Shown one piece after another: positions 12,004 through 23,754 of a stretch of DNA of 64,000 nucleotides. The stretch is from Coniocarpon cinnabarinum (lineage: Eukaryota). Positions within the stretch are counted from its first letter, which is position 1; every line of letters starts with the position of its first letter. A program made the position numbers and the translations under genes. The notes under the pieces were generated by a model that saw nothing but the letters and a program-made list of their open reading frames with translations, had not been told where the DNA came from and searched no databases. The stretch is taken from contig JAVECO010000056.1 in NCBI GenBank assembly GCA_051942205.1, forward strand, positions 1-64,000. Reading direction: 5' to 3'.

Positions 12004-14017
12004 ATGGCGATCAAAGTGTAAGTTGCGTCATTTGAAACCCTAGCGTCGTCGAGCATCATCGTCTTCGAGGCGCGTGAGGAACACTTGCCAAGTGGTTGCA
12101 ATGTCTGCCCCGACGACGACGACAACGACCGTCCTGAGAGCCTTCGAGATGGCCCTGCATCGTTGGAATGAGATAAACTCCCGCTGTTCCTTACCTATCA
12201 CTTCCTCGTTTGCATCCATACTCATAAACACGCTCCAAGTTCTTCGCTGACCCGTTTTTAGCTTCATCACAGGATCAGTGAATGGCAACATAAGCCATCT
12301 AGTCAGTCGCCAGAAGACGCTCGATGAGAAACAAAAAGCCAAGGACGGCAAAGGTAAGTTGCACCTTTGAGCATATCCTTTCTAGACCGCCATCTGGTGC
12401 ACGCTCTCAGGCTTTCACCGCGAGAGGACGAACTTTCATTCTCACGATCCCTGACATGCTCTTCTGCAGGCATCGGAATTTGCGTCGTCGTTGGAGACCT
12501 GTTCGGCGATCCAGCAGACTCCACAGAGGGGCTGCTCAAGGACATTGCATTCCCTATCCCAACGTATTTCACACGCGCAAGTCGCGAGCTCCCAGACACC
12601 ATTAGAAAGAATCTAGAAGATTTTAAAGCCGGTTCATTTGCTCCCAACCTCACGTACATCCGCTCTGGTGAGAGCGTCACAACCTCCGACGGTAAATCAC
12701 ACTCATCTTATCCCGTGAAGGCACGAGCTAACTCCAGTAGGAGTTCGCATCGCTGCTTTTAAAGCCAGTGACTCCAAAGAAGCCAAACTTGAGGCACTTG
12801 ACAGGCTTCGCAGCGCCTGGAACGCCAAAAAGCCTCTCGATATCCTGCTGGCGCCAGATCTTTCACCACAGGAGCTCACTGACCCCAGCAACATCACCCC
12901 AGGCCCTGGTCCTTACACAGACACTTTCAGACTGCTGCGGGAAACGATGCCACGTTACGTGCTCTCAGGCAGTATCTCGACTTTCACCAAACACGCATTC
13001 TACTCCACAACCCACGGCCCATATGGCCCCGAGACGAACATTACTCTTTACCGCATCACGTGGCTCTATGCCGTCGCATCCATCAACAATACCGAAGGCG
13101 CCAAACACGAGACGCTCTTCCTTCTTGACCCAACAGCCCCAGACACCGAAGCAATGCCGTCTGGAACTCCAGCAGCACCCTGGCTTTTGCCCTCCAAGCC
13201 AGAAAAGAAGTATTATCATCCGCCGTCGCCAGCTGTTCACCACGGCAAGAAACGCAAGTTCCAGGGCGCCGACCCATTCCAACAAAAGCTCGGATGCTAT
13301 CTCTGTCTCGACAACAAGGCCGCTGAGCCTCATCTCGTTTTCGACCTAGCGGCACACAGCTACGTTACTGTCGCAAAGGGACCCCTCACACTCTCCACGA
13401 AACTCCCATCATTCGACCGATCCCCAGATCCATCTCCCCATTCGACGTCCATTCCCACCCATTTCATCATCGTGCCCTACTCCCACGAGGGCACGTTTCC
13501 AGCCATGAAAGAACCCAACGCCACCCGCGCCGAAATGATGAACTATCGTCGCGCGCTGGCTCGCATGGTCGCACCTTTCAGCACAATAACCCTGGAACTA
13601 ACGCGCTTCACCACGCCACACGTCCTCTGGCAGGTGATCGCCCTCCCCAACACCTCCACCTCCCCGACGCCCGTCACCAAAATCCACGAAACCCTCTGCA
13701 AGTCCGCGCAAGATCTGGGCTTCAATCCGGCGACGACCGCGCTCAGCGAAGGAGACGAAGGCTTCACCGCCTGGATTAGTCCACCTCCTGTCAATTTCCT
13801 GGAGCACGCGGAGGAAATGAAGGAAAAACTCGTGAGTGTGCGCCTGGGACCAGATGACGCGTTTCCGGCGCAGTTTGGGCGTAAGGCACTCGCGGAGTGC
13901 CTGGGGATTCCGGAGCGGGAGCGCTGGCAGTTGTGTGTGGAGGGGAATGTGGAGGAGGAGAGGGGCCGGGATGTGGCTATGGCGGCGTTTGAGCCGTTTA
14001 GGTTGGAGGGATCGTAG
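12004..14017 (+). CDS. DRN1: CwfJ-domain protein (CWF19L1/Drn1/Mug161-like, lariat-debranching associated); introns 12018-12261, 12354-12469, 12692-12740
   Basis: Spliced N-terminus MAIKVFITGSVNG..VVVGDLF..FPIPTYFT; C-terminal CYLCL..SYVTVAKGPL..HFIIVPYSH..PAQFGR..W..C CwfJ pattern. Confidence 0.8.
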
Positions 14018-14129
14018 GTTTTTGGTGTGGTTGGTTGGGTGGTTTTCTGTATGATACCCTTGAATTTCAGCATTCTGCATCTGATTCTGCAAATTCTGAG
14101 TAAGCAGCACATTTTTACAGATGAATACG

Positions 14130-14800
14130 TAGGTCTGCTCGCCGATATGCCGGCGAAGTAAGTACATTCTAGTGTTTTGAGTGTAATGCATATCTTCATT
14201 TTCCTGATTTCGTAAAGTACGTTTACATCCTGCGATTTCATTTAAAAACAGCGTTTTGAGCTTCTGAAATGCATGCTCCCGCAATACAAAATACCGGCAA
14301 AACCAGTGCTTGACAAAATATTTGAAACTATCTATAGCTCGAATTCGCTATTGTTTCAGAATAATTTCAAGTTTGCATTTACATTCCCATTCAGCATTTC
14401 GAGCTCTTAGTATACATGCTCCCACAATACAACACGGCGGCAAATGCGAGTCTTGAGAACATCTTGGAAATTATCTATAGCTAGAACTCACTATTGTTTC
14501 AGAACGGCCTCATTTTTGCATGTTCATTCAGACATAGCGTTTAGGACTCTTTGTATGCATAATTCGGCAATACAATGCACCCGCAAAAGCAGTTTTCGTT
14601 GATATTGCGAATGCTATCTGTACCCTGAAGCTACTCTTAATTCAGAACAGTCCAGATTCTGTGTTTCCATTTCAATATAGCAAATTGAGCTTTTCGTGTT
14701 CATGCTCAAGCAGTACAACTCACCAGCGGAGGCAGTTTTCGCCAACACTTTGAGTGTTATCTGTGTCTGAATCTTGCTATCGCTCCAGCACAATTCTCAC
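14130..14800. repeat. Degenerate tandem repeat, 143-bp unit, about 4.5 copies, AT-rich, between convergent genes
   Basis: Anchor CAATACA/CAGTACA at 14282, 14425, 14568, 14711 with shared CATGCTC, TATCT(A/G)T and TTCAGAA blocks. Confidence 0.85.
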
Positions 14801-14924
14801 ATTCCAATAGATAGTAAAACACAGCACTTTGTGCTTCTGATTTACACGCTCCAGCATCGCAGGACATCAGCATCTATGCTGTGCTCTCATTTATTCACAC
14901 ATGTCTATGATTCGATCCCGCTCC

Positions 14925-17114
14925 TCACTTCCCACCAACCTTCAAACCGCCCTCCACCCTCGCGAATCGCCCCTTCGCCGCTTCATCCATCTTAGTCACA
15001 AACAAAGCCCCCTGCCGCCGCTCACACCAAGCCATCGGCCTACTCTCCCACCGTTCAAGGCCCGTAACGGCCGTCCGTCCACTGCGCCCTCTGACTCCAC
15101 CTAGGCCTCTCACGACCTCCCACGCACTGCGAATGCAATCACCCACACCAACACCATTATACCAACTCCCCGCCACAGCAATGCCCTCATGATCACCCAG
15201 TGCTCGATGTAATCGCTGCATTCGCTCACCGTGTCCCACGTAGTATTGCGGTATGCAATTCCGATGGAGATGCGAGCGGACTGCTAATGGTGTTTCGTCG
15301 ATGCCGAGGTGCCGTTGGAGGAGGGAGAGGGACATTGCTTCCAGTTCGGAGGGGGAGGGGAGGGCGCTCCAGTTGTCCCAGTAGTGACCTCCTAGCATGA
15401 CGGTGAGGCGGGTTCCTGCTTTTTCCGGGGAAACGGAGGTGTACAGGTCTGGTGTTATGTCGGAGTCGAAGATGACGCCCAAGGCGCGTTCGGGGTTTTG
15501 CTCTAGGGGGACGGTTTGGGGGATGAGGTAGCCGAAGCCTTGGAGACCTGATGTGGAGGCTTAGTAGAACGTCGAAGGGGGTTTGGTGGGACTGCTTGAA
15601 AACTGGTGTGTCTTTGGGTCGAGAGAGAGAACTCACCTTGGGGTTTGAGATGTCTAGGATTCATGTTTGGCGGCGATAGATTCAAGAGGAGGTCAGGGCT
15701 GCGAAAGTACAGGTTTACGACGCCGACATTCGCGGCGGATGCGGGTCGAGATGGTGTGAACGGAAATGCAGTAGTCTGTTCAGCATCCACGGATGCTAAT
15801 AATCGAGGCAGCGCGTGAGGGGCGAGCGTTGAGATGACGTGCGAGCATTGAACAGGAACATGCTGGGATTTTGAAGCCTCTGTAGGTTTGGTTTCAATCT
15901 AGACACAGACATAAGCACTTCTATATCACATGACTCGCCTAGATTTGGCGATGTTGAGCCCAGACGCACCTCGTACTGTCCCTTGCCACCCTTGATTGCC
16001 TCCGCTGTCGTCTCCTTCCGCAGTTTGATATTCGGATTCTTCATCAGCAAGTCCTCCATCGCATCCACCAACATGCCCTGGCCCTTCTCAAAAGTGAAGA
16101 CACTGGCACTCATCGCCTTTTGCTTCCAAACATCTTCCAGGGGCGTGTCCTGAGCCACCATCTGACACTCAAGGTCATCACAGAACAGCCATGACGACCT
16201 CCGGAACACTCCCTCCGCCCCTGCATTGATCAAGCCTTCGTGTCGTTTCTCGGCTTCCCATTGTGACGGGAGCAGCGCTCTCGTGCTCAGTTGCCAGATG
16301 TCGCCTGCGTAGATGCCGTGAAATAGAGCGCTCGCAAGATTGTTCGCAATGTCCTTGCTGACCCGCCGTGCGATGAAGTCGCCCACGGACTCGTCTTTCA
16401 ATGTCGGCGGCCGGACGGGGGCGTCTATTTCTCGCCATATGCCGCGCAGGATGCCATCGAATGCAGGCTCAGTCAGTATCGTGCGCAGGTTGTCAATGAA
16501 GCGACCGGCACCAGGGAGACGAATGAGCGAGTTCGGGTAGTAGAGAAAGCGATTCTGGGCAGCGGGGGATGAATGAGGTGTGACAAGGACTTTATCAGTG
16601 AGGCCGAGGCTTTGCACCTGGATCGCATTCTTAGCACAAGTTCACACAGACGATTTCCATCGCAGCGTGGAGACGCCAAGGCCCAGCGTACCAATCGCAG
16701 CAGCAGCGCACCGTTCGCACCTTGAAGCCGCAGTGATCGAGGCCCAGATTCAAATGTGACGATTCCATTGTCCGTGTCGACTTCCGTAGAGCGCAGCCAT
16801 CCACCTACGCGTGGCTGGCTTTCCAGAATGGTCACCTTGGCGCGCGGGTATTCTTCAGTGATGAAGTGTGCAGCACTGAGACCGGTAATGCCGCCGCCCA
16901 GAATAGCGACATGCTTGACATCCTGAGGGGCTGAAGCGTAGTTCCGAACCTGTGCGAGCTTTGAACGTGGATTCTGAGGACCTCGGATGTGCAACCTTTG
17001 GTGCAGCGGGTTGGCTTTGGCTGCAGAGTGGTGACTCCGACGGGTCACGCACCGCAGCGGCGCGGCGATAGTCAAGACTGCATGACTAGAAGCATCATGG
17101 AGTCTCCACGGCAT
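14925..17114 (-). CDS. HEM14: Protoporphyrinogen oxidase; introns 16618-16691, 15899-15969, 15548-15636
   Basis: VAILGGGITGLSAA FAD motif, FESGPRSLR, GIYAGD, GFGYLIP, CIPQYYVGH, GVGVGDC. Confidence 0.95.
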
Positions 17115-17510
17115 TTCAAGGGCGGAAGTAGGAGATCTTGCTCAAGGGCCCAATGCTGAAGTATGTCTTGGGTCTGGCATGTGAGAAAATATAAGCTAAA
17201 CCCTTTTCCGCATACTGCGTACTTGGTGGAGAGTCTGTTACACGTTTTTTGAAGTGCAAAGCAAGGACAAGTCTCATGGGTGACTGTTGCCAACGCAGCC
17301 TTGGGCTGCAGAAATTCATGAATTAGGTGTATCTACGCCAACACCGTTCAAGTTGGCACTTTCTCATCCACGCGTGGTTCAGCCCAATCTCGTGTTCATA
17401 CACAGCGTGTCTGTTGGACATCATGCCTTTTTGCTCGCAGCCTCATCCATCACTACGCGCTAGGCCCTTGCTTGCCAATCTAGTTGGTGTCTCGCAAAGA
17501 TTCCTCCATC

Positions 17511-19160
17511 TCATGCGACCTCCGCACTTTCGACCTTTATACCGGGGCCGTCTTCTGTATGTGATGTAGAGCCCGGTACCAGCAGCTCCTCTGCTGCATT
17601 CTCATCCGCGAATTTGCGTTCGCTCTTGTGCTCGCCGTTCGTACCTTGACCAGCTTGTAGTCCTGGATTCACCCATGTCGACTTGCTGAATGCCTGCGCC
17701 TTGTTTGCAGCCTGCTTCTGGCCCTCGGCATGTTTGAATTGACATGATGGGTTGGTGCATGGATTGAACCGGCATGGTGTAGGATTGTGCATGAAAGGGC
17801 AATCGGGTGTCGTGCAGTCGGCACCGTTGCGACATGGCGGTCCAGCTGGGTGCATGAAAGTGCAGTAAGGGTTGGTGCAATTTGGGTAATACTTGCACAA
17901 GGGCGGCTCCTGGTTGGCCACAGCGCTAGCTGGAGATGGATGTCGACCGGCGCATTTTCTGTTCTTACAATTGGCGCCAAATTTGCATTCGTCGTTCATG
18001 TCAATCTCGGTACCAGGTGGCGCAGCAGGCGAGGAATGGGCAAACATGCAGTCAGGCTTGGTGCAGAAAAGATTGAACTTGCACGTCGTGCTGGAGGGTT
18101 CCTGACGCTGACTCTGAGAATTGCTCTCCACCTCCATCGACGATGTCAGTTCGATGCTGTCTCCGTTTTGACCCTCACCGTTCTGGTTTTGCTGTTGGTG
18201 TTGTCTTTGATGATGGCCACCTCGCTGGTTTCTGTGCTCGACCCTATCGAACAGGGATCGGCCGCCTCGACCCTGGTGGCTACCTCCTGCATTGAAGCCG
18301 CCTCCCATTTGTGACGACTGTTGTTGTTGTTCGAACATCGATGCCAACATTTGCATGTTTTGTGTCATCATGTTGGCCATGAAGTTCTGCTGCTCTGCTG
18401 TGAAAGCTGGCATGCTGCCAGATGGCTGTACTGCTTGCTGCGCTGCCTGCACGTTCATACCATTCATTGCGCCACGTCCAGGCTGGTTCCTAGCATTGCC
18501 TCTGGGACCTCGTGGAGCACCTCGCGGTGAGTCACGGCCGCTGTGCGAGTTGATTCGACCTGCATTTGCGGTGCCCTTTATTCTGTGCAAAGAAGCTTCT
18601 GGGGCATTATTCCTGCTTCCACGACCTCCACGACCACCTGGAGCACCGCCTCGCATCGACTTTGGTCCGCTAGGTCTGTGGAAATTGTTAGCGGGATCTG
18701 GTTGGAAGCAGTCGAAAGAAGGGACTTGCATTGCGCCATTGGCAGGACCGGTCGGCACACCACTCAAGTCCTCATCCATTGCATTTGGATCTTGTCCCGA
18801 AGCTGGGACATCTTGACCAGACTCGTTAGGAGGCGGAGCAGATGCGTTGGTATCAGGCAAAGGCGCCTGAGAAGATGTGTCAGGCGCAGCAGGGTTACTT
18901 TGGCCATTGGCTGCAAGTATCTCTCCGACCAGCCAGCCAGTGAAATCACCCAGTCTGCTGAATTCACTCTCTTCGAGTAAGTCTTTGATCTCATCCGATA
19001 ACTGCTCCTGCGTCCTTCCCTGTGCGAGGGTGAGAAGAATGAAGTCCGTAAGGGAAGTGTCATCTGAGTTGCTCCATCCGAGTTCTGCAACTTTGGCCTG
19101 AATTTGTGGGGATAGCGTCCCTTGTAAGGGACTATCCGAGGGTATTTGCACGACGACCAT
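17511..19160 (-). CDS. NAB2: Nuclear poly(A) RNA-binding protein Nab2 (PWI-like N-terminus, RGG, tandem CCCH fingers); probable in-frame GC-AG intron 18676-18729
   Basis: IQAKVAELGW..LTDFILL, SLFDRV, CKFNLFCTKPDCMFAHSSP and six further CCCH-type fingers, SERKF. Confidence 0.92.
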   Translation of the reverse strand: MVVVQIPSDSPLQGTLSPQIQAKVAELGWSNSDDTSLTDFILLTLAQGRTQEQLSDEIKDLLEESEFSRLGDFTGWLVGEILAANGQSNPAAPDTSSQAPLPDTNASAPPPNESGQDVPASGQDPNAMDEDLSGVPTGPANGAMQVPSFDCFQPDPANNFHRPSGPKSMRGGAPGGRGGRGSRNNAPEASLHRIKGTANAGRINSHSGRDSPRGAPRGPRGNARNQPGRGAMNGMNVQAAQQAVQPSGSMPAFTAEQQNFMANMMTQNMQMLASMFEQQQQSSQMGGGFNAGGSHQGRGGRSLFDRVEHRNQRGGHHQRQHQQQNQNGEGQNGDSIELTSSMEVESNSQSQRQEPSSTTCKFNLFCTKPDCMFAHSSPAAPPGTEIDMNDECKFGANCKNRKCAGRHPSPASAVANQEPPLCKYYPNCTNPYCTFMHPAGPPCRNGADCTTPDCPFMHNPTPCRFNPCTNPSCQFKHAEGQKQAANKAQAFSKSTWVNPGLQAGQGTNGEHKSERKFADENAAEELLVPGSTSHTEDGPGIKVESAEVA

Positions 19161-20746
19161 TGTCGCGCCTTGAAAGCGCCTTTGCGCTTGGCGTACGGCT
19201 AGAGAAGCTTGTGCGGCAGCCGGCTGCAGACCCGTGTACAATAGCGCGTCTGAAGTGCTTGAATCGGAAACGAGGGTTCGCGCGATCGCTGTATTGGAGA
19301 AGAACGATTACGGGCGTAAGATCTATCGATCGAGTTAAAGTGAGAGTACGCGATGTGGAGTGGTAAGTGAAACGATCGTCAATACGTGATATATTTTAAA
19401 GGTGTCTTTGAAAAGGCGACAAACGTATCTGTCAAGTCGCTGTTCCTGGAGATTAGCAATGGCTTACACGACATGCCCGATATAGTAATACACGTGACTA
19501 GAGCGCTGCTACCTCTGCCTTAGCTGCGAAGCCCTTCAACCTAGGCGCGATGCATCAATGCGAGCTGTTTCACCACTCGGCAATGTGATTCTACAGCAGG
19601 CGGCTTGCCTCTCGAATGGATCACATCTACTTTGCGGCTTTGCACGAGATTCAAGGACCTCCGCGTGTCCCAAAGCTGCTGGAAATCCCGTCATTGAAAG
19701 TATGATCGAGTAATGTATGCATGCCGTGGGGTATAACCCCATTTGGAATTGTCAATGATGGTAGCACACTTGAACAAATATCTATCTAACGCAAAAGATC
19801 ACAAATTCTCGCTGATATTTGGTAACAAGATCCACACGCTACACGTAGATAAGAAATACAGAATGAGAGTGTGCATGAAGCTCCCTCCCATTTCCGCAGT
19901 GAAGCAAGGGCGAGACGAAGTACCCAGTTGGTGATTCGGAGTCTGCCTGCCGCTTAACAATCTTGCACAACATAGAGCAGCATAACGACGTAGGATGACA
20001 ATGTCCGAAGATGGTCAGGGCAGCAAACATTGGCAGGGTCACGAGAACGCGCTACACAAAGGCTCCGCACAAGTATCTATAGTGGATTTCTGCCTGGTAC
20101 GCATGCGGGAGCGCGGCTTGCAAATTTTCGCGCATTGATGAACGTAATTGACAACACAGAGAGACGAATAGAGAGATAGTTGCGTTTCAGGCGCGGAATG
20201 GGTGTAATACCAATGACGTTGCTTTCACGAGTGGTTGTTATAGTACATTCATTACTTCGTGATGCCCTCAAGCGTTGAGTGCGGTGACCGCGCGATGATG
20301 ACCACCGATAGCCATGCATGATGTAGGCTTGCGGTGGGGTCGATTGGAGCCTGGCGCTTGGTTTAGTTGTTGAGCACAAGACTACGTCTTTTCGAGTAGC
20401 ATGCAGACTTACCAGCTCTGCTGTGGCAAGCGTTGATCGCTTCCTGTGCCAATCAATTTATGCATTGACCGGGACTTATGCTCACTACCAATGTGTGAAT
20501 CGTGGAACTTTTCCAAAGCAAACAATATTGGCACGACGATGCTGATCAGATCGAATACTGATGCGGACGGTGAAAAGTGCCAGGGCTTTGTGGTTACCAG
20601 CTTCAGCATCGAAATTCCTGAGCTTTGTACATGGTGCTGGTGACGGCTTTAAGAAGCTCTTGGTCATCGCTTGTGCGCTCTCGCGAAGTTGCAACGGCTG
20701 AATGCCGTTTAGAAAAATCTGTGTGTAAATGGCTGCGACAACATGC

Positions 20747-22402
20747 TCAGGGCACGTTCTGTTTTTTGGATGGACTTGGAGTCACGCGGTGGGGCGTAGA
20801 TGGAATCGCAGGCGGTCTAGCTGTTGAAACGCTGAGGCTGCGGCGTATCAGATCCGCTGTGCTTGGTGCACGGTTACGGTGGACCTCATAGGTAGGATTG
20901 TCATCGTTTTCCTGCCCGGTAGACAACATAGGGGCGTGTTCCTCCGGATCGTCATGCTGGGTGTGGCGCAACGTAGACGGGTTAATACTTCGGAAGCGGA
21001 TTATATTGTAGCCGATGATGGCAACTATGGTGATGCCCAGCCCAGCACTGTTGATCGCTGTAAGACGGTCGTGAAAGATTGCAGCACCGGCGCCAATGGT
21101 GATAGCTTCCTTGACGATGCCAGCTACACTTAGCGTGACAACACTCGTCCTCTGGATTAGAGCGAACTCGGCCGTCGTCATCAAAAATGCCAGGATCCCC
21201 GGGAAAAGCAAAAGGCCAGCCGTGAATGAAGCGCCCTTCTTTTCCGCCAGCTCTGCCAACCCTTGGGCAAGCGGACCAAATCCTTCAACGATGATAGCTA
21301 TAGTTAGAAGTACTACGAACATGATTGGTGTCAAGAAGAACAATGATGCGATCGGGTTCGAAGTCGCCGCGTTACGTTTCAGGAGGATCTGTGTCAGAGA
21401 CCATCTAAGTCCAGAAAACATTGATGCTGAGATCAGCAAAGCGAAGCCGATGCCACTGAAAGCAGTCTCGCCGAAGACCATCATGACAACGCCTGCAGTC
21501 ATTAGACCAATGATGGCGATAAGTTTAGCTGACGGCTTCTCCAGACGAAACAGAAATGCGAATACTAGGACGAAGCCGAGGGTAGAAGACTTGACCATGG
21601 CTAAAGGTTGTCAGCTCAGCTTTCTGTGAGAAAGTCACGTAAGCGTACTGAAGAAGGCTAGTGACACAAGCTCCAGGCTGGTGTTTCCCAATCCAATATC
21701 GAGTCCTGTAGCAACGGCGCAAGGTGCGATTCGCGACAAGTAGAACTTGACCGACATAACAGGCTTCTCGTTCGGGGGTTGCTCCATGTCTTCGGTTTGT
21801 GTATCGTCGGGGGCCTCTGCTCTTGGCCGAAGGCTTGGGACAAGGTACAGCGTGATAGAAGCCAAGGCAAATTGGACACACATGTGGAGACTCGTTGTGA
21901 AGAGAGGAAATTTGAACGAGAGTTGTCCATCCCCAAACATCCACTTGTTATACTATTACAGTGTCAGCTGCCCGCATGTCATCAACCGAAGTAGGTTCCA
22001 AAACGTACGACCGAAATAGACACCGAAAACAGATACCTGAAGAATGTGTAAGCAAGTCGAGCGGTCCACTTGTAACTGAGATGCTCACCATAAGGCAACT
22101 AAGCCAATGTTGATAGAAAGCCAGTGGATAAAGCCGGGACTTAGACGCGCGTTGATCTCGGAGTACAGCTTGCCATTGATTGCACTGTCACGTCCAAGTC
22201 CGTTCTCGCGTATGGACGCATCTAAAGAAGAGGCTCTGCTGACATTGGCCTGGTCCGGGCCTGGACGCACCGGATCGTACAGAGGAGGGTTGTATTTAGG
22301 TAGGCGGGCCAATTCTACCTCGGGGTCTTTGGATTCAGAAGAGTGACGAGACAGCTGTCCATCGACTTGGGCAGGCATGGTCGAGTGATGTTCCGACTCC
22401 AT
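20747..22402 (-). CDS. Triose-phosphate/nucleotide-sugar transporter family protein (SLC35C2/Ymd8-like); introns 22037-22088, 21953-22008, 21601-21648, including a 28-nt micro-exon
   Basis: Spliced WYLFSVSISVYNKWMF, FPLFTTSLHMCVQF, ATGLDIGLGN, MVKSS, SGLRWSLTQILL, TSVVTLSVAGIVKE. Confidence 0.9.
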
Positions 22403-23754
22403 AGTAGCTGCGAGCGAGACTGAATGAGTGACTGTGGTGAGAGATATGGGGCCAGAGAGGATTGAATGAGTGTGGTGAGCGGTCACAAAGCCACTTCAGA
22501 GTGCTTTGTGACCGCGAAGCGCGTTGTCGGTTTACATTTGACAGCGCACTCGGACTCCGCTTCGACTACCGCGCTGCGGAGAGTTGTCTGAGGTTGGGCG
22601 CTGGAGGAGTAGGGGGTGACGGCGGTCGTGGCCTTGACGGAAAGAAGTGCGAGGAGCAGACGAGAAAGAGAAGGAGAGGCGAGCGGGATGAGGAGGTGCA
22701 AAGGGTGGAGGGAGCGTGGGTCTAGAGAGAAAAGCGAAGATGTCAGGGTTGATGCAAAGCTGCCGCCGCAGTCACTTGTCACTGACACGCCGCCGACCTG
22801 AGTGCTGACTGTGGCTCGTGACGCCAAGCTCGCTCCCCGATCATGCCTCTCCCGATTCAGCAGCGCCGTCCACGGTTCTGTCGTGCATTAGTCTCTTGTC
22901 TCCTTTGACTTCATCTCTTCACTGACCATGCACACCATCGTCATTCCCTCGGCGTCTCTTGGGTGCATTTGAAATCGGCTTGACCGCGTGTAGTTGAGGA
23001 AGACTCTTTGATACTACAGCACTGCATTTACTGGCTCTATGGCACTTTGAGGTTGTCGCACTGGCCTGGATCATTCCAACTCCGGATCGATTTTTGGGTG
23101 ATGCTGAAGGGTCGTCTCGGAGCAGATGGTTCTCAAAGCTCAAGGGCTTGCTGATAAATCCGCTTTACCGAGTCCTCAGCTAGTCTCCCGTTCCTTAATA
23201 TGTGAAGCTCAGACGCCGAGTTGACGCATGGCCTCTCAAGCTTGCCTCGCAAGTTACTTTGATCAAGTAGATAGCGATGTCTGGCGATGTTGAGATGGAA
23301 CAGGGCGAGATGAACTACGACTTTGGCAGGCGAGCAGCAAGCCTGACGCGACTGTTAGGGAGGAGTTTGGATCTCCTGCAATGTGAATTCTGTTGTTATC
23401 CATCGCGACTCAAAATTCGTCGTTTAATAGTTTGATGTATTGAAACAGGCGTGCCCTCCAGGCATGTTTGAACCTAGCGCACGTGACCGTGGCAGGACTG
23501 CCTCTCAACCTTACTCACCAACGATAAGGGCAACCTGGCTATGACGCCAATTATGTGATGTCGATGACATGCATCATCAGTAACTTGCCGTGGCACGAAA
23601 CCGCGACACTTCAGTAATCTTAATTCAGGGCGCAACGCGAAAGGGCCCGTTGAATTATATATACCCGACGTGACAACACCGCCGCTAAATGCTACTGAGC
23701 CATGCAAGCCGCCCATTCATTCCTCATAAGCCATAAACACCTCCCGCACGCAGA

